Assembly: GCF_046119375.1 (NCBI RefSeq)
Contig: NW_027362762.1
Span: 779,092,001 to 779,156,000 of the forward strand
Reading direction: 5' to 3'
Source: Phyllobates terribilis
Lineage: Eukaryota
Length of the DNA stretch: 64,000 nucleotides
The position numbers and the translations under genes were made by a program. Under the pieces are notes generated by a model. It was not told the origin of the DNA and made no database searches. It saw only the letters and a program-made list of their open reading frames with translations. Below are positions 48,148 through 59,286 of the stretch, in pieces (the stretch's first letter is position 1; each line of letters starts with the position of its first letter).

Positions 48148-51100
48148 AGAATCAGCTGACACGTGGCGGCGATCGCCCCACACAGCTTGTGTGCAAGCGC
48201 GATGGCGTGATGCGTAATAGTATGTACCTGGTCCAGTAGACCCAGGGCTGTGAGACGTACTATTACTGATCACGTCAGAAAGGGGTTAAAATAAGCTCTG
48301 GAGGCAGATACTCATGCAGATCTGAGTCCGGCCTATAGTCCTGAACAGCTCATTTACATATAAAAAAAACTTGGATTTCTAGGTATCATTCAGCTTCCTA
48401 TGACTTACAAGCTCATATAGATGACTCAGGCGGGTTGCTGCTACTGCCAGATTCCCTTTAAGTGGCAGCCCACATGAAACTCCCATGCCAACCTCCTATA
48501 TGGCACATTTTTTTCAGCACCAGACCACTGCTGTTCAAAGGTCAGCACTTGTCTGGTGGCATCTAATGTCATGTCCTCACAGGCCTTTCCATAACATCTC
48601 TGGTCCACTGGTAGCTCAGTCAAGCACATCAAATGATAAAACAGCACCACCTTTGGCGCCAAACTTCCACACTTTCTATTTAGCTCTAACACTTACCAAC
48701 CACTCTGATCCAGCCACTTTTCAGCGATTCTTCACCTCACTACATAGAGGGCAATTTCTACTTCCAAACATGACATTAGGCTATTCCTTGCTCAGATCAA
48801 CTGTCACCTGATCTAGTACATCATGCCATAAAAACAAGCACCCCTTATTAGAATCAAACCATCACAATTTATAGGCTTTCTCTAGTCCATTTCTACTTAT
48901 GTAGTAATGCAGTGCAACAGTGTCACCACACACCATCCTATAGCACTACTCTTACCCAAAACACTGACCGGCACTTAAAATTCCAGATGCAACAACTTTA
49001 ACCCAACATTCCAATAATTGCTAATAAAAAAAAGAATGCAAAAATGTACCTTTCCTGAGCAAACCACGAAGTATATTTTGTAAGAATCAGTTGCATTGTT
49101 ACTTTGAAACATGAATGTGTGTGTTAATTGTTCAGGGCAGTCTACTGGAACAAAATGGCTGACAATTGCATCTTAATTATGGTATCCTACCTCATCCCAT
49201 TATTAAAATAGCTTCCTTGTATAAAGCCATCAGATGAAATGTGAAGTGTTCTCTCTTGAATTGGATTTTAACACAATTAGTTTTTCTTGTTCTTTTTTAG
49301 TATATATGACATTACTAAAGAACATAGAACTAAATAAAGACAGTAGATTATGGGATTCTTGAGTCCAATCTACACCGTTAATGGGCATTCAACTGTCGGA
49401 CAATGTACTCGTACTAATGTTATTTTACTTTAAACTGACTTCCTGTAAGATATAGCTATAACTGGTAACATTTATTTGAGATTTATTTTAAAACTCATTT
49501 ACCATGTGGTGGAAAAAAATCTAAAATGTAATAATAATGTAATTGTAATGTAATAATGGGCAATTTTTGGTTGATAAAATGCAATAGTACTAGTAGATGG
49601 AGTCTAAACACATAGAAAAGGTAAAATAGATCAATGTGCTATTTACATGAGTTATTCACTAAAAAAGGGTTTTCTTAAATTGATGTTGTATGAATAATGA
49701 AATTTTGGTCCCAGTCATCCAGCAATTGGTAGTTGTGGAATTCCTACAATGAGGAGTAACTGAACATGACCGGGTATGGCCGACTCAGGTGGGTAAGGGA
49801 TCGCCCCATGATCCTACTTAACCCTCCCTACCATTGTCCCAAAATAAAACAACTCATTAAATCTTTTTGGACAATTTGGTCACAGCGGCCATTTATTTAA
49901 CAATACAATAACCATAATAAGTTAGAAAAGGAAGCTAAAAAGATCTGGCACATATTTAAATTTTTAACAAGCCATTTTACCCTCAGCCGTGAAACCCAAC
50001 TCAAGGGCGTCATTGTAACACACGTGCGTGGTATCTTCCACACCACCAACTCCCAGGGTAAAAACCCCATCCAGAGCAACCAAATGCCAGATCAACCCCT
50101 AATTACTTAATACCGTAGGGAATAATTAAATTTAATTCCCTCCACCACCAATTATATACCAACTCCAAGAACCCTGCCCCCCGCCAAAAGCCACTGCGGC
50201 AGAATTTTTATACAGAAATAAAACAGCTGCCTAAAAAGAGCGAGCGTGGGTGGTACTCTTTAGAAAGAATTCTGCTCCCAAAATGGCCCCCTTCCCCCAC
50301 ACTTTTACCTATATACCCCATAACCTCCGCTCCAAATCCTCCTCCGCCCCATTCCTAACCTAAAAGGGAACTTTATTTAAAACCTAGGAAAACCCTTCCA
50401 CCAGACCCAGTCATGGGGGGTTTCCTCCTACTTCCATACGTCTCCAGCCCCTTCTTGCAAGGTGACCACACTATGTTATTAATAGTTACAAAGCTTACAC
50501 TCTACAGGATCTTACATTCTACAGAGATTTGACCAGTGACTCTGGAGATGGAAAATTACTCTGCTGTACAGACTGTGCTCCACTTGGACCCACTGATCTG
50601 TGATAGCCAAGGTCCTGTCCACCACTGTACATGGTATGATAATCCACTAGATGCCATAGCTGTAGGGCATTATGGGGAAACCTGGGTGGCAATGCAATAT
50701 GATGTTTGCCTACTCTCTGATACTTCAGTAGTGTGGAAATTTTTGGAGGGATAGCTGTTTTTTATTTTGCAAACTACAAATTGAATCTTAAAATATTCAG
50801 GAAATTCAACTGAAACATGATCCTCCGCAAATTTATCTGCTCAAGTCTATTGAGGAGTTTATGGCTTTTAGTGTAAACCACTGTAAACTAAGAGAGTGCA
50901 TATGCTTTCGAGGTAGTGTGGATACGGCTGATTTTCATACATCAATATTTGCATAAAAACTGGATGTTGGGGCATTTTTATATTCTATATCCAGTTTTAA
51001 AAAATTACCCATTGACAAACGAGGAAAATATAGGGACTTTAGTGTATAAAAGTTTGACATCTGTGAACCATGTCTCATATCCAGGTTTTGCTGGAAAACT

Positions 51101-51270
51101 CTGTTGACCAGAAATCTACTGATTAACACTACTTAATTATATTCGTTTAAAAGTCAGAGCTATATGAATTAAACTCCATTATCACAAGAGCAATGTGGAT
51201 ACATATCTGGTTGGCCAACTTGTAATAATCAGATCATAATGCGTTTATTACTTAAAGGCCACTGCCCCAC

Positions 51271-51457
51271 TATCGGTATTTGGTCAGTATTAGGTCAGTA
51301 TTTTTTCTCAGGAGTGGGAGCCAAAACCAGGAGTGGGTGATAAATGCAGAATTGGTAACTTGTTTCTATTATACCTTTTATCTGATTGTTCCTCACCTGG
51401 TTTTGGCTCCCACTCCTGAGGAAAAAATACTGACTGAATACTGACCAAATACTGATA
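51271..51457. repeat. ~60-bp-arm hairpin (MITE core)
   Basis: 51271-51331 is a near-perfect reverse complement of 51396-51457. Confidence 0.75.
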
Positions 51458-51645
51458 CATATCCAAAAATGTAGTTTTATAAAAAAAAATATTTAAAAAT
51501 TAAAAATATAATTGTATGTGTGTATTTACTTATTTTAGATAGATACTGACTACTTTTAAAGTCAGTATCTATCTAAAAACTATTGTTTTTGTACCAATTT
51601 TTTAATGGAAATGTGTTGCCATTTTTGGATGGCACAGCTTCTCAC

Positions 51646-54600
51646 TAGTGATGAGCAAGCATGCTCGCTACTGCTCGGTGCTCGCCCGAGCATCTCACTG
51701 CTCGAGATGCTCGGCGCTCGCCGAGTATTTCCGAGTTGCTCGGGGGGGAACTCGGGTCCCTTCCCCGCATGTTTGGTGCTCTTTAGAGAGCCAATGAACA
51801 TGCAGGGACTGCCTGCCATGTACTGTAATGCCGTAGCCATGTTGGTTGTGTGCATTACAGTGATTGGCTGGCCACACAGAGTCATCAGGTCTATATCAGA
51901 CCTGGTGCCGCCATGCTCGTCACAGTCTACTCCGGAATCAGGCAGTGTAGGGAGAGGTGCTGCTGTGTCAGGGGAGAGATTTGATCGTGTATTAGGTAGT
52001 GTAGGAACAAAAACCGTACATTACACATATCCATCTTAACAAACAGTCCTTCTGAGGACTAATCCATCTGCAGAGATATCAGGCAGGCAGGGTGTATAGG
52101 CAGGCGGTGTATATAGCAGACTGCAGTGCATATAGCACAAGAGGCTCCATTCCAATTCTGCCTTCTGCTGCTGTTAGATATTTCTATACAAAGGCCCAGG
52201 TTTCAGGAGCCAGGAATACTTTTCTTTGGATCTTAATCCTCATTATTTGCTTAAAAAGCAATCCAGAGAATACCGGTTTTTCTGCGCCATTTGCTTGTTG
52301 GTACTGGAGAATACAGCCAGGTCCTTTCCATATTAGAGCGCTAGAAATCCAGCTATTTAAAACTGTGTTTTCTCCATCAAACGGATCACATATATGTTAT
52401 CAGAAAATACTGCCACTTCTATCCTCCATTAAAAATTTCCTTTAGTGTGTCAGTAAAGCAATTCACAGCAGTTTGCTGTTCAAACTACTTACCTACAGGC
52501 CAGGTATTTAAAACTCAGTTTTCTCCATCACACAGATCACATATAAGTTCGTTCCAAACTGAGTCACTTGTAGTGACCGTGGAAGATATTGTCCTCCATT
52601 TAAAATGGGCAAGGCACGTGGCAAGGGACGTGATGCTAATGGTGCATGCAGAGGCCGAGGACAAGGCCGTGGGCAAGCCGAAATTGTGCCACAACAAACA
52701 CCCACATCTTCTCGCCTGACCTTCCTGTCCCAATTTCTAGGGGACCGCAGCACACCACTATTAAACCCAGAGCAGTGTCAAAAGGTTGTTTGTTGGATAG
52801 CGGATAATGCTTCCAGTCACTTAGCCACCACCGCCCTGTCTTCCACACGGTCAAGTCTTAGTAGCCGTGAGTCTAGACCGCATATTCCTCACCCTGATCC
52901 TCCTTCCTCCCACCATGCCGAGTACCCAGAGACAACTGATCCCACACTTGGACACTCTGAAGAGCTGTTCACTTTTCCATTTATAGATTCGGGCCTCTCA
53001 CCCAGTCCACTTGAAGCGGGGCAAGAGGAGATCGCGTGTAGCGATGCCCAAATATTTGAGCAGCCACGGTCACACGAAGGCGACGGTGGGAAAGTGTCAG
53101 AAGAGGTGGACGATGATGAGACACAATTGCCAGAAAGTTAGGAGGAAGACCAGGATGCGTAAGTGGAAGACGAGGTGGTGGATGATATAGTAACTGACCC
53201 AACCTGGCAGGAGGACATGCAGAGAGAGGACAGGAGCACACAGGGGGAGGGAGGCAGAGCACCCCAACAGGCAGGAAGAAGCAGTGTGGTGGCCACAGAC
53301 AGAAGGCAGGCAACTGTTCCCCGTAACACCAACATGAAGGAACTGTTAGGTCTTCCCGAGTTGGGTTGTTTTTTAAAGACTCTGCTGATAACCCCAAAAA
53401 GGCCACTTGCACCACCTGCCAAGCCAGCATCAGCAGGGGTGGCAAAACGACCAGCCTAACCACCACCAGCATGATCAGGCACATGGCGGCAAAGCACCCG
53501 AACCCCAGGGTCCAGGAACAGTGTCTGCGGGTGGCACCATTGCTTCTTCCGCTGTTGTGCATGAAAAGCAATCCCCTGTCCATGGTCCAAGCGAAGATGC
53601 CTCCTGCCCTGCACCTGTCGATGCACACTCTCAAGTAGCAGCATCAGGAAGCACATCCATGTCCTTGTCCCAGTGCAGCGTTCAGTTGTCCATACCCCAG
53701 TCCTTGGAACGCAAGCACAAATATGCAGCCAACGCCCCACAGGCCACACTACTAAATTCTCACATTTCACGACTGCTTGCGCTCGAAATGTTGCCTTTTA
53801 GGCTCATGGAGACGGAAGCATTCCGCAACCTGATGGTAGCAGCAGTCCCTCGGTACTCGGTCCCCAGCCGCCACTATTTCTCCCGGTGTGCCGTCACCGC
53901 ATTACACAAGCAAGTGTCCCAAAACATTAGCCGTGCTCTCAACAACGCAGTTACCGGTAAAGTGCATCTAACCACGGACACGTGGACAAGTGCTTGTGGG
54001 CAGGGACGGTACATCTCGCTGATGGCACACTGGGTTAGCATAGTGGAAGCCGGGACTCAGTCGGACCTTGGGACGGAACATGTCCTCCCGACGCCAAGGA
54101 TTGCGGGCACTAGGTCAATCAGGGTTGCCCCCACGGTCTTCAGCTCCTGCACCTCATCCTCCTCAGCCTCCCCCTCCACTTCAGCCTCCATCTCCAAAAT
54201 GACCACATCAATCACAAGCTGGAAGCACAGAAGCACTGCCTCGGCCAAGCGGCAACAGGCTGTGCTGAAGCTAATATGCTTAGGTGAAAAACCGCACAAT
54301 GCTGAAGTGTTGTGGACAGCTCTGAAAGAGCAGGCAGATCTGTGGCTCACACCGCTGAACCTACAGCCAGACATGGTCGTGTGTGACAATGGCCGGAACC
54401 TGGTGGCGGCTCTGAGGCGAGACGAGCTCACACACGTACCATGCCTGGCCCATGTGCTTAACCTCGTGGTTCAGCGGTTTCTCAAATCCTACCCGGAGCT
54501 GCCGGATCTGCATGTTAAAGTACGCCACCGGTGTGCCCATTTTGGAAAGTCAGCTACAGCTTCCGCCGCCCTTGCAGTGTTTCAGCAGCATTTGCAGCTT

Positions 54601-57027
54601 CCGGCTCACAGATTGGTGTGTGATGTCCCCACGCGTTGGAACTCTACACTGCAGATGTTGGGAAGGATTTGTGAGCAGAAGAGGGCAGTTGTTGAGTACC
54701 AGCATCAACAAGGCCGTCGGTATTCAGTTCCACACATAAGACCTCAGGAGTGGATATGGATGTCAGACATATGTACCATCCTCCAAAACTTTGAGGACTC
54801 CACCAAGATGGTGAGCGTCGATGACGCCATAATTAGCATCAGCATCCCGTTTCTCTGTCTTCTGAAACGCTCTCTGCTCACAATCAAAGAGGATGCATTG
54901 CAGGCGGAGCACGATGAGATGGAGCAAGGTACCATACAGGGTGATTACACACAGCCAAGCTTCATCTCATCCCAATGTGGATTAGGTGACAATGAGGACG
55001 AGGAGGAGGAGGAGGAAGGACAGGAGCTAGTTTCATGCACTATAGACGGTACTACCTGCACAACTGTCATACCGTCTGTTCAGCGCGGATGGCCAAAGGA
55101 CAGAAAGGAGGAGGAGGAGGAGAGCATGGTCAGTCATCCTCTTGGTGAGGACACGGAAGTCTTGCCTGTTAGTAGTCTGGCACGCATGGCTGAGTATGTT
55201 ACGCTGCCTTTCCCATGACCCTCGCATTCTCAAAATTTTGGGTGACAGTCATTACTGGTTGGTGACACTTCTAGACCCACGCTACAAGGAGAACTTTATA
55301 TCTCTTATTCCTGAGGCGGAGAGGTGTACAAAAATGGGGCAGTACCAGAAGGACCTTGTTGCGGAACTATTAAAAAATTTCCCATCTGAAAACGCTGGCG
55401 GGAGAGGGCACACTTCGTTGAACAACCAAGGAGTACAGGCGAGAGAGACACAACTTCAATCCAGCAGAGGCAGGGGAACACTGTCAAAGTTCTGGGAGAG
55501 TTTTCTCAGACCCTCCCATCGCACAGGCCCTGAGGCGCGGGGTACTCTCAGAAGAAGTGCAAAGTTTGGGAAGATGCTGAGGGAGTACCTTGCCGACCGT
55601 ACCAACATCCTCCGTGATTCCTCTGTGCCTTATAATTATTGGGTATCCAAGCTGGATACGTGGAATGAACTGGCTCTCTATGCCTAGGAGGTCCTGGCCT
55701 GCTCTGCCGCCAGCGTTTTATCAGAGCGGGTATTTAGTGCCGCTGGTGGAATTATAACTGATAAGCGCATCCGCTTGTCAACTGAAAATGCTGACAGGCT
55801 GACTCTTATAAAAATGAACAAGGGCTGGATTGGGCCAGACTTCTCAACACCACCAAATGATAGCAGCGTAACATAAACTCAAATCCAGTGTCTTTTCTTG
55901 GGAGGTGTATTCCAATGCACCTTTTCACACCCACACATGGGTATACGCTTCCTGATTTTGTCTATTTGCTCTTGTCCTCCTCCTTCTCCTCATCCTCCAC
56001 CACCATATCACCAGGGTCACCGTGGTCCGTGATGCAACACCCACATAATTCTTTTAAAGGGTGCTTATGATGCCCGTAAAAAAAAAAATTTATACAGTAT
56101 GTTCATGTATACCCCCCAGGGGTAAATGTTTGTCAGCCCATAGTGCATGGGCATTACAAGTATAGGAGGCCTGCTCCTTTCTAATGGGAACATTTTTTTA
56201 TGAGGCCCTTCTCCACATCTCTTCCAAGGGGCATTGAAGTGCCTCCAAATTTTTGCTAGCCCCTGCATTCACTGCATAGGCCAACACTATGGGAGACTCT
56301 CTCCTTTCTAATGGGAATTTGTCGTTACTCTGGCCCTCCTCTATGTGTCTTTAAATTCTTAGTGGGGTTTTTCCCAAATTTTGCCAGCCCTTGCAGTCAC
56401 AGCATGGCCATTACCACTATAGGAGACCCGCTCCTTTATAATGGGAACATTTTTTTTACTGAGACCCTCCTCTATGTCTCTTCAAAGGGGTATTGGGTTG
56501 CATCCAAATTTTTGGCAGCCCTTGCAGTCACTGGATACGCAATAACAGTATAGGAGACCAACTTGTTAATAATGGGAACAACAAAGCATAGTCGGCTGAT
56601 GGCTCTCTAACATTAGCTAGGGCCGACTGCTGGCCTTTTAAGAATAGTAAGGGCCGTCTGATGTTCCTATAAAAATAGGCTTTATGACTTTCAGAGTACC
56701 TCCATCATAAATAAAAAAGGATGTGTCTGATGATGGGTCACACACCACATTGCCAGATAAGGTTGTAAAATGTTAAAATGACATTTCTCGGTGAATGCAT
56801 TTGTCTTACAAAATAAAGTAAAAAAAACAAAACAATAGGATCTTTCTTTAGTATAAAAAACAGCGTCACCAATTTAACCTCAATGTAATCACATTGTTCA
56901 GCTCCTGCACCTCCTCCTCCATCTCCGAAATGATCACATCAGTCACAAGCTGACAGCATTGCAGCACTGCCTTGGCCAAGCGGCAACAGGCTGTGCTGAA
57001 GATAACATGCTTAATGCTTAACTGACA
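51646..57027 (+). mobile_element. hAT DNA transposon copy 2 (5' end to 3' region, cut by the Gypsy LTR)
   Basis: TAGTGATGAGCAAGCATGCTCGC terminus, homologous to the 40821 end; colinear with copy 1. Confidence 0.9.
52605..55876 (+). pseudogene. hAT transposase copy 2 (~1100 codons: RG-rich/acidic N-terminus, BED finger, DDE, dimerisation domain), disrupted
   Basis: MGKARGKGR..; CTTCQASIS..RHMAAKHP; TTDTWTS; VCDNG; CLAH; TRWNS; LDPRYK; SERVFS; stops at 53139 and 55684 plus frameshifts. Confidence 0.93.
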
Positions 57028-57877
57028 ACCTGTCTCTGGATTGAGAGGTGTCCCAGAGCAGGGACAGACAGTTGTGTTGCAGCCTAAGAGGACGTGTGGC
57101 AGTAGGAGAGCCACGAGCCAGGGACAAGAGGCGAAGTGAGCCTGTCCTGGCAGATAAAGAAACTAATCTACCAGACTTTGGTGTCTGAGGCTGGGAGGAT
57201 TCCAAGTCCTACAGCAGATAACCAGTCCGCAGGGGACTGTATGTTCCTTGGCCTAAGAAGCCCGGAGGCTCCGCCACAGCAGAAGGGACCAGCAAAGCCG
57301 TACCAGGCCGGGAGTAGAAAGGGACCCAAGTTGCAAGCCATACGGGCGAGAGGACATGGTGAGCTCGGGAACGTGGGCTCTTACACTACAAGGAGGGAAA
57401 TAGCCAGAAGGAGCACAGAGAGCACGGTAGGCCTACACCCTCACCCTTATCAGGGTCAGCTTCCCACTTGTTCTCAGACATCCAGGCCCCCTCCTAGCCG
57501 GGCCTGTTTCTGGGTCATTTTACCTGTCCTAATAAAGACCCTGAACTGTTTAAGAGGCCTCCGTTTACTGGATATCGCGGTCGGAATCATCCCCTCCATA
57601 ATCCATTATATATACTGCCCTGGGGCCATACTCCTCCCGTGGGGAGTTGAACTATTCAGTGCTGCACATTTACATCAGCCCCAGCGGTCTGCACTGCAGC
57701 CGCGGTTAGCCCTGACTGCAATCCACGGGTGGCGTAGTCGGACATTACCTACAGCACATCGTAGACTACCACTGGTCTGACCACCCTGAGCTACGGAACC
57801 GGGTCGCCACCACTACCCCCATCGTTTCCCTGTTGCCCGGCTCCGAGTGCCCCACGGCCCAGGGGGCGAGTCAGCTT

Positions 57878-57896
57878 TGGCGTAGTCGGCAGGATT
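57878..57896 (+). promoter_or_regulatory. tRNA-Ser primer-binding site
   Basis: TGGCGTAGTCGGCAGGATT is the reverse complement of the vertebrate tRNA-Ser 3' end (..AATCCTGCCGACTACGCCA). Confidence 0.88.
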
Positions 57897-58293
57897 GTAA
57901 CCAACCCGCCACAAACGGGTATTGCGTGCCTGAAAAAGACTGTACACGTACCTGAAGAAGAGGTTTCCCGCCATCCGGAGCCGTTTCCCGCCATTTTCAG
58001 CCGTCTCCCGCCATCTTCCGTCGGTTCCCGCCATCTTCAGCTGTTTTCCGCCATCGGACGCCATCTTCAGGACGCCGCGCGGGAAGAAGAGGGGTGTGGA
58101 CGTCCAAACCGCGCGAGACCCGAAGCTCCGCCCCACGCACCGACGCTGCGCAAGGTTCTGAAAGGGAGAGGGAGCGACGCTGACGTCACCAGGACGCGAC
58201 GCAAGGTCCTCGTCCGGAGCAGCACCAGCGGAGCTGCGGCCTACAGAAGAGGATCGTCAGAAGGTAGGCCACGCTTAACAAGGGGGGAGGAAG

Positions 58294-59286
58294 ATGTCGG
58301 ACACGGAGCCGCCCACTACCACCAGCGCAGCTGCAGCAGCGGTGATGCCAATTTCCCTGCCCTACATCCCTGGAGCGGCCTGGCTGCCTAAGTATTCAGG
58401 GGAGCCCCATGCCCTAACTGACTTTATGGAAAGGCTTTACAGTTTGTTCCAAGTTTACCCCCTGACAGAGGAACAGAGGATTAGCATACTGACAGGGCAG
58501 TTAACTGGCGCAGCCCAGCGGGAGGTAAAGTCATGGCCCGCTGAGGAGAAAAGGACCATAAAGGACATTCTGGCCCGGCTGCGGGGTACCTTTGATACAC
58601 GTACCTCTGCTGAAATTAAAATGCGGTTCTACGGATGTAAGCAGCGGGCACAGGACAGCATCCGAGACTATGCCCTAAATTTGCAGGAAGCCTTGAGAGC
58701 CATCAAACAAGCTGACCCTGGCAGCGTGCAGGATACGGATAAGCTACTAACAGAACAGTTCATAGAAGGTCTGCTGTCTAGTGCCCACAGGACCCAGCTG
58801 CGCCTCATGTTCTTTCAGAACCCTGATCTGACTTTTGCCCAGTTTAAGGACAGGGCCATAAGGGTGCTTCGCGAACCCGCAACAAGTGGCGCTATAAACC
58901 CCCGGTGCCCTGCTCTCACCTATCACCAGGAGACAGCGCCCTCCTCTATGGACTCTGTGGGGGCTGACGCACAAGCCCTGAACCAAGCCCCATCGAAAGA
59001 TCTGCACCACCAAGTCCAGGAGCTGACCAGGAACGTCGCGGCGTTGACAAGGACCGTCCAGGCGTTGCAAGTGGACCAGTCAAGACCCATCAAGTTGGCC
59101 TCAAGTCCGGAGGATGTCCCGTGGGGTCAACAGAGGAGGATCCCGTTGTTCCGAGGGAGGCCCACAGATCACTAAGCAGAGGATGGACAGCCCATTTGCC
59201 GTCGATGCAACAAGCCCGGACACATCTCCAGGTACTGTAATTTAAACGGGTCCAACCTGGGGCAGAGGGCCAACCCCCAGGCATAA
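58294..59286 (+). pseudogene. Gag (PNMA-like capsid plus CCHC knuckle), one premature stop at 59173
   Basis: 293-aa ORF, then in frame CRRCNKPGHISRYC to a stop at 59284. Confidence 0.88.

Larger units (their letters stand above)
45918..48285. mobile_element. Non-autonomous TTAA-specific (piggyBac-like) element with ~390-bp internal tandem units
   Basis: TTAA|CTCCTTT ... AAAGGGG|TTAA; GAC.CCATT.TGGAAACT anchor at ~46433, 46820, 47212, 47603. Confidence 0.7.
45463..48457. mobile_element. T2/Kolobok-type TTAA MITE carrying nested insertions
   Basis: TTAA|AGGGAATCTG ... CAGATTCCCT|TTAA; arms ~45463-45700 and ~48300-48457 are inverted homologues. Confidence 0.75.

Noticed and set aside
49780-50480. 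Possible DIRS/Ngaro-type terminal repeat
   Set aside because: Composition is suggestive only; no coding region or paired repeat in the window.
50536-51129. Short ORFs in apparently unique sequence (also 48485-48811, 25115-25453)
   Set aside because: No recognisable domain, and no consistent splice-phase chain to link them.
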